Positions 8,099 through 16,847 are shown, counted from the stretch's first letter. The stretch: DNA of 19,916 nt from Fibrobacteria bacterium (GCA_043732185.1 JAYTHY010000131.1:1-19916); one strand, 5' to 3'. Numbers and translations are program-made. The notes: generated from the letters alone by a model not told the origin.

Positions 8099-9493
8099 TC
8101 ACAATGCCTGGGAATATTGGGGCGATGCGTTTGCCTCTTTGGGTTTTAGCATCGGATCAAAGGCGGAAGCAACAGCCCGCGAAGCATAGTGACCATTTTC
8201 TGTTAGGCAAACGTAGTTTCCGACCAGCGTGGCGAGGCCATCAGCAATCAGCGGCGCTAGGTTCGCTTTAACATCCACCATGTAGGAAGTCTTCCAGTCC
8301 CTTGTAAGCTGCTCTACTTCCAGGCACGCTTGGATTTCTACTTCACCATCGCAGAGCAGACTGTTGATAATATTGCGCACGGCTATGTCTTGAGGCCTCA
8401 TTCGGTAGGCCGTTTCATGGGAAAGGTTTCCGGCATTTACCAAAGTCAAATACTTATCCAAATCCTTGGCGTTTTGAATATACCCTTCATGCAATTGGCT
8501 GATGGCTGATGCGCCCAAGGCATATACTTGGCCTGCTCGCGCTGCAGTGCAATAGCCCTGGAAATTCCTGTGGAGTCCGTGGTTATTGGCCGCGATGGCC
8601 AATTCATCCTCCGGTCTTGCAAAATGATCCATGCCGATGGGAACAAATCCTGCTTCCATCAAAGTTTTTCTGGACTCCCAGGCAATGTCCAGGCGTTCTT
8701 GCACTCCAGCCATGGGCAGCGTTTTGAGTAGGCTTTGGTGGCCCTTTACCCATGGAACGTGCGCATACGGGAAGAGAGAAATTCTATCCGGAGCGGCATC
8801 GATGGTTTTTTCTATCGCTATGCGAAAGGACTCGGGCGTTTGATAGGGTAGCCCATAAATCAGGTCAAGATTATTTCCGCTGAATCCATTTTCCCTGGCC
8901 ACCCGAAACAAATCTTTAGGCGGTACCTTCGGAAATTTTCGATTCACTGCCGCCAAAACCTTTTCATCAAAATCTTGAATACCGATGGACAAGCGATTGA
9001 AGCCCATGGAACCTAGCTCTTGTACTTTTTCCAGGCTTAATAAATTTGGATCGCATTCAATGGCGATTTCCGCATGGGGATCCATGTGCATGGTGGTTTT
9101 AAGCTTTTGGAGCAATCCCTGTAAATAGCTATAAGGAACAGTATTGGGTGTCCCGCCTCCAAAATGAACTTGGGTTACGGTGCGAGTAGGGTCGAGTAAG
9201 GATAAAAGAATATCGAATTCCTTATCCAGTGTCTCCATATAATTCCTGATGAACGCGCCAGGTCTTCCAATCTCGGTATGGCAACCACAAAAGAGGCAGC
9301 GCTTAGGACAAAAAGGAATATGAAAATAAATTGAGGCGTGACGTGGCCCTACGTGATTGGAACGGGTGATTAAATCTAACGTTCCGGCTTCACTTGGGCT
9401 TTGCGTAAAATAGGGCGCTGGTGGGTAGGAGGTATACCTCGGAACTGCCCAATTGTATTTCTTAATGATCTCCAATCCCGAATCCGATGCCAT
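8099..9493 (-). CDS. hemN: Oxygen-independent coproporphyrinogen III oxidase/dehydrogenase (radical SAM)
   Basis: PRYTSYP N-terminal motif, YFHIPFCPKRCLFCGC radical-SAM motif, HFGGGTP, GFNRLSIGIQDFD, DLIYGLPYQT, IGMDHFA and the HemN-specific HRNFQGY. RBS AGGAG. Confidence 0.95.
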   Translation of the reverse strand: MASDSGLEIIKKYNWAVPRYTSYPPAPYFTQSPSEAGTLDLITRSNHVGPRHASIYFHIPFCPKRCLFCGCHTEIGRPGAFIRNYMETLDKEFDILLSLLDPTRTVTQVHFGGGTPNTVPYSYLQGLLQKLKTTMHMDPHAEIAIECDPNLLSLEKVQELGSMGFNRLSIGIQDFDEKVLAAVNRKFPKVPPKDLFRVARENGFSGNNLDLIYGLPYQTPESFRIAIEKTIDAAPDRISLFPYAHVPWVKGHQSLLKTLPMAGVQERLDIAWESRKTLMEAGFVPIGMDHFARPEDELAIAANNHGLHRNFQGYCTAARAGQVYALGASAISQLHEGYIQNAKDLDKYLTLVNAGNLSHETAYRMRPQDIAVRNIINSLLCDGEVEIQACLEVEQLTRDWKTSYMVDVKANLAPLIADGLATLVGNYVCLTENGHYASRAVASAFDPMLKPKEANASPQYSQAL

Positions 9494-9557
9494 GTAAAAC
9501 TCCTAGCTAGGTAAAGCGATTCCATATGGGAACCATACGGAATACATATGCACCAAT

Positions 9558-9574
9558 CGCAAATTTGGTGCCAC
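9558..9574 (-). promoter_or_regulatory. sigma54 (RpoN) -24/-12 promoter for hemN
   Basis: The minus strand reads GTGGCACCAAATTTGCG: TGGCAC-N5-TTGC with exact GG-N10-GC spacing, about 65 bp upstream of the hemN ATG. Confidence 0.75.
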
Positions 9575-9623
9575 CATTCCCTACACTAAAACGGCTACAT
9601 CAGTTCAAAATTTGAATATCCCA

Positions 9624-9665
9624 TGTCAAAATGGCAAAATAATTGAAATTTATGACAAAATGGCA
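9624..9665. promoter_or_regulatory. Paired putative activator boxes TGTCA-AAA-TGGCA (9624-9636) and TGACA-AAA-TGGCA (9653-9665)
   Basis: Two 13-bp near-identical, quasi-palindromic boxes spaced 29 bp start to start, upstream of the hemN sigma54 promoter. Confidence 0.6.
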
Positions 9666-9683
9666 GGCTTAAAATTATATGGA

Positions 9684-10907
9684 TTACCGATGAGCGTTAA
9701 GCATTTGAATATTTAAAGTGTCGGTAATATCTCTAAGATCAAAGGGGTTGGTTCTGTTGGAAAAAAAAGTTCTGGCATCAAGCAGGGGCAATCCCGTATT
9801 AAAAAGGTGATTGAAAATGATTCTAAAGAAATTGACTGGTGAAACAGCTCCAGTGAATTGTTTTTCTTGAGCGCCGCCGGGTAGATACAGCGCGGCCAGA
9901 ATGCCATGCCGTTGATGCAAAAAGTCCAGCTCGTTCGAAAAATCCATGACAGATTCACCATGGTCGGAATGAATAAGTATTACAGCTTGTCCCTTTGAGT
10001 CCTTGATAATCTTGTCAACTATGGCTAGTAACCGTTGGTTGAGATATGTGATTTCGTCGGTGACAGAGAGGCGGAAAAGCCTAGGATCGGTTTTGCGCAA
10101 AATATTCAAGTCAGGTATATCCTCCCGTAATTCGCCATTTGCCCCGAATGCAATGGGTGAATGTGGCGCAAGAATATGGCAGAAAACATATTTTGGGCCT
10201 GGCTCTAGAGGAGCCTCCATCAAGTAATTAAAAGCGAAAAGAATCCGGTTCCTGTGTTGGGATTGAATGCTAAGATCATTATACCCAGCAGTTGCAAGCA
10301 GGTGTGGGATTGGAGTCATGTTCAACACTCCGTTTTGAAATTCATTCAAAATAACATTGCTGAAAATACCTTCCGGAGCTTTAATGATATCCGCTTTTAG
10401 GGGAAAGGTATTCTCCCATCCATTAGGGATTACTTTCCATTTGTACCCGTTAGAGAGTAAAAACTGGGGGACCTTGGCGTTATTTTTTAAAGATTCTAGT
10501 CTCTTCCAATTAGGTGATGTATGTGAAAGGTCAACGAAGTGGCTGTCGAAGTAGTTAAAATTTAAAGTGGACGTCAAGGATAAAGCGGTTGTGGAGTAAT
10601 TGGAGTAACTTTCCCCTCCGATGTTAAATCCCCTTTGGCGTAGAGCTTGGATGAAACCGCTATTGTCAAATCCATAAATATCCTTAAGTATGTCAGCGCG
10701 TGAATACGCATCCAGCATTATATGATAAATATCCGGACGGGATTTCATTTCTAGAGTTGCGTTATTTACTGTAAATAGTTTATTCAGTGGAAAAGGACGG
10801 TATTGCGGATTTTCGAATGCTTCGCGATAAAAAGATTTAGACACCGAAATTAAAGGAAGGGATAACAGAAGCAGGCCAAGGACATTTAGTCGCGGGGACC
10901 AGTTCAT
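9684..10907 (-). CDS. Sulfatase/alkaline-phosphatase-superfamily (LTA-synthase-like) extracytoplasmic domain; probable C-terminal part of a split gene
   Basis: PDIYHIMLDAY, SNYSTTALSL (Thr/Ser nucleophile region), HILAPHSP and ILIHSDHG metal-binding motifs. One N-terminal hydrophobic helix. Confidence 0.8.
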   Translation of the reverse strand: MNWSPRLNVLGLLLLSLPLISVSKSFYREAFENPQYRPFPLNKLFTVNNATLEMKSRPDIYHIMLDAYSRADILKDIYGFDNSGFIQALRQRGFNIGGESYSNYSTTALSLTSTLNFNYFDSHFVDLSHTSPNWKRLESLKNNAKVPQFLLSNGYKWKVIPNGWENTFPLKADIIKAPEGIFSNVILNEFQNGVLNMTPIPHLLATAGYNDLSIQSQHRNRILFAFNYLMEAPLEPGPKYVFCHILAPHSPIAFGANGELREDIPDLNILRKTDPRLFRLSVTDEITYLNQRLLAIVDKIIKDSKGQAVILIHSDHGESVMDFSNELDFLHQRHGILAALYLPGGAQEKQFTGAVSPVNFFRIIFNHLFNTGLPLLDARTFFSNRTNPFDLRDITDTLNIQMLNAHR

Positions 10908-11260
10908 CAGCGATGCTTTTTTTTCCAGAACAGGAAAAACACACCCATGTTCATGCTGATAAATATGCTTAGGATAATGAAATTGGTCCCAGAAATAATC
11001 TCTTTGAATTGGGTGTAAAGGCTCCCGTATAAAAAGAAAATTCCGAAATTGGTGCTTAACCAGAAAGCAGCTTTGTGGACATCCTTGAATAGGCTCCAGC
11101 TAATCCCTAAAAAGAGTGAAGCAGCGAGTAAAGCCCAGAGCACGGGATATAAGGCAACGAGAGGTGAGTAGCGGCTTATGTTTTGAGAATAAAGAAAAAT
11201 CGGAAAATAACTGGCCAGTAAAAGTGGGTAAAATGGAAAGCGAAACGACATGATATTCAA
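10907..11260 (-). CDS. Multi-TM membrane segment; probable N-terminal part of the sulfatase-like protein (frameshifted)
   Basis: About 4 hydrophobic helices. Ends TGG AAA AAA AAG CAT CGC TGA. A -1 shift in the A8 run continues in frame into 9684-10907. Start overlaps the upstream stop (TTGA). Confidence 0.7.
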   Translation of the reverse strand: MNIMSFRFPFYPLLLASYFPIFLYSQNISRYSPLVALYPVLWALLAASLFLGISWSLFKDVHKAAFWLSTNFGIFFLYGSLYTQFKEIISGTNFIILSIFISMNMGVFFLFWKKKHR

Positions 11261-12663
11261 GAAGGTTTTGAGAAAAGATAAAGAATCCGTTCGCTCCCTT
11301 GTAGTGCGATTTTGTCTCTTAGTTCAAACTGTTTCTTGAATGCGGCTTCAAACCCTTCTTCAGAATATTCGCAATAAGTGTCTTCTCGATTTTCAAGCAG
11401 TCGGATAAACTGTGGGTCGGATTTTGGCACGAATTCAATGATGATATTGGTAGCCAGTCTGGCTAAAAACCTTACGATGTGCCCAAGAGGGATGTTCAAT
11501 GCCACGGCTAAGTGGTGGACAAGTGCTAGGGCCAGTATCGTATCGGCATTGGCCCTGGAAAATAAGGAATCTCTTTCCTGATTTCCCCAGCCGATTCCCG
11601 GCGTGGGGTTGCCGAGGTCCATGACTAAGGGTAATAGATTCGACTCCTTCTCCACTTTTACTTGCTGCCAGTTCAAATCCACCGACATGGGATCTAAATC
11701 AAATGCGATGGTGGAAATGCCAGCGGCGGATGCCAGCCGACTGAATTTTCCCGTGTTGGCTCCTAAGTCCCAGATTATCTTGGCATTCACCTTTTTTATC
11801 AGCTTTTTTACGTACTCCTTTTTGTATTGAAATGCGGCAGTGCTGTAATTGTTGTCTGCATAATAATTGGACCAATCGGATTTTTGGGCCTTGATTTTCA
11901 GCCTGCTTAGACAGGATTCCAAATTGTCTATAATCCCGGATAATTGATATTGACTGATGCTTCTGGGGCCTGTGCCTTTTTTGGAGAAGCTATTTTGCGC
12001 CCAACCATGCAAGTGGATATGGATAAAGGTGGAGAGCTCCAGATAGGTGCGTGTGGGCAAAATAGAACTGGCCACGTGAAGAGGAATCCCATCTAGATAG
12101 ACGCGCATAAGTTTGGCCAAGCCGATGTCCACTTTCGACATCAACATTATCGGTGCCAGAAAGTGCTCGCAGAATTGTCTATAGGCAACCCATGGAGTGC
12201 CTTTCACGTACATTTCAAAAGACAGTGTATCAATTAAAACCGGCTTGCCGTGATGAAACTGGATATTATAGGCGCTGGCATCCTTTAGGGACATGCCATA
12301 TTCCATGGCGAGTTTTTGGATTTTTAAAGTTGCTAGGGCGGCATCTTTAAATTGTCCGAAACACCATTCACATGGGTAGGATACAAAGGAGACTTTTTCC
12401 GGTTTAATCACGAGATAGCTGTTGGCATAGTCTAAGGGTGAAACGGAAGTGACTTCATGAGGTATCAACAAACCTTCCGATAACAGTCTTTGATACAGTC
12501 CCGATTCCATCAGATGGCAATAATGCTTTTGGTAAGTGAAATTTATTTGGCGGTACACCGTATTCTTATAATTGAAAACGGTTCCGGATCGGTCACGAAA
12601 GGATCCGCCCAAGGCTTGGGGGGAGTGTGTAGAGAGACCCGTTTCAGGATGGCTTAAAGGCAT
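11257..12663 (-). CDS. NoeA-like protein: N-terminal kinase-like domain plus C-terminal class I SAM methyltransferase
   Basis: GSFRDRSG, FVSYPCEWCF.Q.KDAAL.TL and LKDASAYNIQF...IDTLSF (DxxxxN...D pattern). C-terminal WDLGANTG, AFDLD and LALALVHHL. Confidence 0.8.
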   Translation of the reverse strand: MPLSHPETGLSTHSPQALGGSFRDRSGTVFNYKNTVYRQINFTYQKHYCHLMESGLYQRLLSEGLLIPHEVTSVSPLDYANSYLVIKPEKVSFVSYPCEWCFGQFKDAALATLKIQKLAMEYGMSLKDASAYNIQFHHGKPVLIDTLSFEMYVKGTPWVAYRQFCEHFLAPIMLMSKVDIGLAKLMRVYLDGIPLHVASSILPTRTYLELSTFIHIHLHGWAQNSFSKKGTGPRSISQYQLSGIIDNLESCLSRLKIKAQKSDWSNYYADNNYSTAAFQYKKEYVKKLIKKVNAKIIWDLGANTGKFSRLASAAGISTIAFDLDPMSVDLNWQQVKVEKESNLLPLVMDLGNPTPGIGWGNQERDSLFSRANADTILALALVHHLAVALNIPLGHIVRFLARLATNIIIEFVPKSDPQFIRLLENREDTYCEYSEEGFEAAFKKQFELRDKIALQGSERILYLFSKPS

Positions 12664-12726
12664 TGTTCCGGTTAACGAACTTTGGCGGTCGAACTGCTGG
12701 ACTCAGTCTAACCAAAAGTAACGGCG

Positions 12727-12921
12727 TTATTCCTTTCTGAATATGGGCAAAAATTTGTAGAAATGAACGACCTTTTTCAAAAATGCTTTAATGAAAAAAA
12801 TCCCTCCAAAAACCGTTGCGGCGATAATTTGGACAGCCATGCTGCCCGTACCAGGATCCAAGTATGCATGGGTTGGAATGGCTGTAATTAAAAGAAAAAC
12901 GAAAATGGGTATAAAACGCAT
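12727..12921 (-). CDS. Small membrane protein with AYLDPGTGS motif
   Basis: Signal-like N-terminus ending THA, then YLDPGTGS, a hydrophobic helix and a basic tail. Same strand as, and directly upstream of, the NoeA-like gene. Confidence 0.75.
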   Translation of the reverse strand: MRFIPIFVFLLITAIPTHAYLDPGTGSMAVQIIAATVFGGIFFIKAFLKKVVHFYKFLPIFRKE

Positions 12922-13059
12922 ATCTGATTATCCAATATGGCGACCCATTTAGGTCCGATTTTAACATTGTATCAAAAGATTAACCTGTATTTTACCATAA
13001 ATTCGCCATTTTTTAAAAAGTTGAATAAGCCCGCACTGCTTAAAGGGACTGTGGACTAA

Positions 13060-13089
13060 TTGTCAAAAAAATGGTTTGGACTATATATT
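13060..13089 (+). promoter_or_regulatory. Possible sigma70 promoter for the MBOAT gene
   Basis: TTGTCA-N18-TATATT in the divergent intergenic region. AT-rich context, so a chance match is possible. Confidence 0.25.
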
Positions 13090-13226
13090 TTGCACTTGCT
13101 TCCAAGTTTGCGTTTGCTGACAGCTGTGAGGCTTTCTTCGCTTGATACTTTAATCCAAGTAAAAGTAGGGGCCGAAAATAAATGGGGAAAATTTCGAGTT
13201 AATAAGGCTATCCTTAGGCATCGCCC

Positions 13227-14672
13227 ATGCTTTTCAATTCACTGAGCTTCCTCTTCTTTCTGCCCCTGGTTCTCACCCTGTATTGGTCTGCAGCAAATAA
13301 AAGCTTAAGAGCACAAAATGGATTGCTTCTGGTGGCCAGCTACTTTTTCTACGCCTGTTGGGATTGGAGATTTCTTTTCCTCCTGATTTTTTCAACTTTG
13401 CTGGACTATCTTACTGGAATAAAAATAAGTGCGTCCGTTGGAAACCAAAAGAAAATATGGCTTTGGACCAGCATCGGTATCAATTTGGGGTTCCTGGGCG
13501 TTTTTAAATATTACAACTTTTTCTCTGAATCGCTGGCCAGCGCCCTTTCCCAAATCGGATTCAAAGCGGATCTGGGAACCCTTCAAGTGATATTGCCTGT
13601 GGGTATTTCTTTTTACACGTTTCATGGATTGTCCTATGTCATCGATCTTTACAAAAACAGGATAAAGCCGGAAAAAAACTTCCTGGATTACGCCCTATTC
13701 GTGGGGTTTTTCCCATTGTTGGTTGCCGGCCCAATTGAGAGAGCCACCCATCTTTTACCACAAATAATTAAAAAGCGGGAATTCAATTATTCAAAAAGCG
13801 TGGATGGACTAAAACAAATACTTTGGGGGTTTTTCAAAAAAATAGTCATTGCGGATCATTGCGCCGGAATCGTGAATTCCATTTTTAGGGACTCATCTTA
13901 TTACTCCGGGAGTGTGCTGGTATTGGGGGCAGTATTTTTCGCCCTGCAAATCTATTGCGACTTTTCCGGTTACTCTGATATTGCCCTAGGCACGGCGCGT
14001 CTGTTTGGAATTGATTTATTGCGGAATTTTGCCTTCCCTTATTTTTCCAGAGATATTGCAGAATTTTGGAGGCGCTGGCATATTTCGCTGTCCTCTTGGT
14101 TCAAGGATTACGTCTATATTCCACTAGGCGGTAGCCGTGGTGGAACATCGCAAAAAATTGTAAATACGATGGTGATTTTTCTGTTGAGCGGATTTTGGCA
14201 TGGCGCCAATTGGACTTTTGTCATTTGGGGCCTATTGAATGCTGTCTACATAATGCCCTCTATTCTGTTCGGTACCCATAGAAAAAACATGGATGCCGTT
14301 GCCCAAGGACGAGCTTTTCCATCTATGCGTGAGGCCCAATCCATGGTGGTCACCTTTGCGCTTACCACCTTTGCGTGGATATTTTTTCGATCCGATTCCA
14401 TTGGACATGCCTTAAGATATATATCCGGGATCATTTCCTTCTCATTATTTTCTTGGCCCAATTTCCATGACATTGATGGTGTAAGTTCAGTCGCGATGGT
14501 AATCCCGATCTTTTTACTTATTGAATGGTTTGGTAGGGAACAGGAATATGCCATTGCGCGACTCGGCATGAATTGGCCAATGCCGCTTAGATGGGGACTC
14601 TATTACGGCATACTGTCGGTCATTTTCTTTTTTTCCGGTCGGGATCAACAATTCATTTATTTTCAATTTTGA
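13227..14672 (+). CDS. MBOAT family O-acyltransferase (AlgI/PatA/DltB-like)
   Basis: LPVGISFYTF, FFPLLVAGPIER, QIYCDFSGYSDIA, FWRRWHISLSSWFKDYVYIPLGG, SGFWHGANWTF (catalytic His) and C-terminal FIYFQF. Confidence 0.95.
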   Translation: MLFNSLSFLFFLPLVLTLYWSAANKSLRAQNGLLLVASYFFYACWDWRFLFLLIFSTLLDYLTGIKISASVGNQKKIWLWTSIGINLGFLGVFKYYNFFSESLASALSQIGFKADLGTLQVILPVGISFYTFHGLSYVIDLYKNRIKPEKNFLDYALFVGFFPLLVAGPIERATHLLPQIIKKREFNYSKSVDGLKQILWGFFKKIVIADHCAGIVNSIFRDSSYYSGSVLVLGAVFFALQIYCDFSGYSDIALGTARLFGIDLLRNFAFPYFSRDIAEFWRRWHISLSSWFKDYVYIPLGGSRGGTSQKIVNTMVIFLLSGFWHGANWTFVIWGLLNAVYIMPSILFGTHRKNMDAVAQGRAFPSMREAQSMVVTFALTTFAWIFFRSDSIGHALRYISGIISFSLFSWPNFHDIDGVSSVAMVIPIFLLIEWFGREQEYAIARLGMNWPMPLRWGLYYGILSVIFFFSGRDQQFIYFQF

Positions 14673-15691
14673 TGATGAAGGAGTTTATTCGAAAGTTTGC
14701 TTTATTCCTTGCGATTCTATGCCTTCCGGCTGCACTCTTATTCGTTCCATATATTTATTTTGACCCATTTAAGGTGATTCGAAAATACGATCACTACCAT
14801 GAATCAGGGCCACCGCAGTATGTGGCCTTAAATGCCGATTATGTCGCAGTGGAAACATTTATTCGGCTGTACCCATTTTACTTATATGACTCATTCATAT
14901 TGGGAAATTCACGTTCCCGTTTCTATGAGGTTGAGGCATGGCGTAAGCACATCGAGTCGGATAGATGTTTTCATTTTGACGCCGCCAATGAGACTTTATA
15001 TGGGATTTACAAAAAAATAGAGTTCCTGCATAAACGACATATAAAAATCATGAATGCACTGATTGTAATGGATAATTCAACTTTACGTGGTATTTCCAAC
15101 TCGACCGGACATTTATTTGTCAAACACCCATTACTATCAGGACAAAGCAGCCGAGAATTCCAATTGGAATTTTTTCGCGTCTATTGCTCTTTTAATTTCT
15201 TTCCAGGTTATTTGGCTTACAAGATTTCTGGAAAGGAAAAATGCAATCCGGTTTACACTTTGCACAATCCAAATTTGGAATACAGTTTGAAATACAACGA
15301 AACTCGGTTTAAAACCTGGAATGACTCCATCAGGTTGGATCCTTCACACTATTATACTGTAAAGTCCAAAAGCTTCTATAGCCGCCCCGCGGAGCAAATT
15401 GTCTCTCCGCCTGTCATTAAAGCGGAGCAGATCGAAATGCTTATGGCCATTCAGAAAATATTCAAGGACGCTCCGACACAAGTAAAAATCGTAATTAGCC
15501 CATTATATGATCAAATTAAATTAAACGATCGAGATTTAGAAATATTGAAAAATATATTTGGTGCAGAAAATATCAGCGATTTTTCAGGATTAAACCCGAT
15601 AACTGCTAACATCGAAAATTATTATGAATCGTCCCATTACCGACCAGAGGTTGCCAATAGAATTATGGACTCCATATACCAAAACAATTAA
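14672..15691 (+). CDS. Membrane-anchored SGNH-like partner of the MBOAT (AlgJ/PatB/DltD-like), 339 aa
   Basis: TGATG overlap with the MBOAT stop. N-terminal TM helix, ILGNSRS (block I Ser) and C-terminal YYESSHY (D/E-x-x-H). Confidence 0.75.
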   Translation: MMKEFIRKFALFLAILCLPAALLFVPYIYFDPFKVIRKYDHYHESGPPQYVALNADYVAVETFIRLYPFYLYDSFILGNSRSRFYEVEAWRKHIESDRCFHFDAANETLYGIYKKIEFLHKRHIKIMNALIVMDNSTLRGISNSTGHLFVKHPLLSGQSSREFQLEFFRVYCSFNFFPGYLAYKISGKEKCNPVYTLHNPNLEYSLKYNETRFKTWNDSIRLDPSHYYTVKSKSFYSRPAEQIVSPPVIKAEQIEMLMAIQKIFKDAPTQVKIVISPLYDQIKLNDRDLEILKNIFGAENISDFSGLNPITANIENYYESSHYRPEVANRIMDSIYQNN

Positions 15692-15707
15692 CTCTCATTT
15701 CAATCCG

Positions 15708-16847
15708 TTAATTCTTCGGAAGCCGTAAAAGACTAATAAAAAAAGCTGAAAAAATGGTTTGCAATCCCATAACCATCATAACCATGCATAATAGACTTTG
15801 CTTGGGCATCAAAAAATAACCTACAAAATTGATTTTCACCCAGAGATAGACAATGTAGGTGCTGCCAGCCAGTCCCGCCAGAAAAAGGCATCCGCCCAGT
15901 GCAATGCTGCGTTCCAGAGAGAATACTTTATAGAAGGCTTCCAATCCTTGACTAGGTAGGCTAAATCCTTCACGTACTCCAAAAGCCTTTGCGAATAGGC
16001 CTGTATTGATAATTTGAAATCCCAACAAGGTGAACATTGCGAAAAATATCATGGCATGAATATCGAATACATGTCCAAATAGACTGAGCCATCCCATAGC
16101 CGTATCCAATAAAGCTATCAGCCCTCCGCAAAAAAGCACTAGGCCGGGTATCAAGAAAAGCCAGTTTGGACTGAACAGCAACATGAACCGCATGTGGCGC
16201 CAGGCATCGGAAAGGGACTCCAATTTAGAAATGCCTTTGCGCGGGTAATATGTGATGGGAATTTCGACGATGTGAATTTTATTGCGCAAAGCGGATACAA
16301 TCATCTCAGATGCGAATTCCATTCCTGTCGTGGTTAGCTTCAGCTTTTGGATGGCCTCTCGAGTGAATGCACGGAATCCGGAATGGCAATCTGAAATATG
16401 CGAATGGAAAAATAGGTTGAGGATACCGGATAGCACTGGATTGCCAATATACCGATGCGAAAACGACATGGCACCTTTTAGAATCGTTCCCTTAAACCGT
16501 GAACCAATAACCATATCGGCACCTTTATCGAGTTCAGCGAGCAACTTGGGAATATCCAGAAAGTCGTAGGTATCGTCCGAATCGCCCATGACGATATACT
16601 CGCCTTGGGCCGAATCCAAGCCTTTTAAATAGGCTGCCCCGTAACCGCGAATGGGCTGATGAACGACTTTGGCTCCAAGTGTGATGGCTAATTGCTGGCT
16701 TCCATCGGTGCTACCATTATCCGCCACCACCACTTCGCCGGAAAGATTTGCAGATGCAATGGCATTTAATGCTTTTTGAATACAAATGCCAATGGTCTCG
16801 ACTTCATTTAGGCATGGGAGCACCACAGAAAGAGTTTTTCCGGACAT
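15708..16847 (-). CDS. Family 2 glycosyltransferase (DPM1/GtrB-like) with C-terminal TM helices
   Basis: SVVLPCLNE, VVVADNGSTDGS, RGYGAA, MGDSDDTY, DMVIGSRF, ISDCHSGFRAF and GMEFASEM. ATG at 16847 follows AAGGA. Confidence 0.92.
   Translation of the reverse strand: MSGKTLSVVLPCLNEVETIGICIQKALNAIASANLSGEVVVADNGSTDGSQQLAITLGAKVVHQPIRGYGAAYLKGLDSAQGEYIVMGDSDDTYDFLDIPKLLAELDKGADMVIGSRFKGTILKGAMSFSHRYIGNPVLSGILNLFFHSHISDCHSGFRAFTREAIQKLKLTTTGMEFASEMIVSALRNKIHIVEIPITYYPRKGISKLESLSDAWRHMRFMLLFSPNWLFLIPGLVLFCGGLIALLDTAMGWLSLFGHVFDIHAMIFFAMFTLLGFQIINTGLFAKAFGVREGFSLPSQGLEAFYKVFSLERSIALGGCLFLAGLAGSTYIVYLWVKINFVGYFLMPKQSLLCMVMMVMGLQTIFSAFFISLLRLPKN

Noticed and set aside
13060..13245. 61-aa TTG-start ORF upstream of the MBOAT gene
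   Set aside because: No motif or RBS, and it overlaps the likely promoter region.
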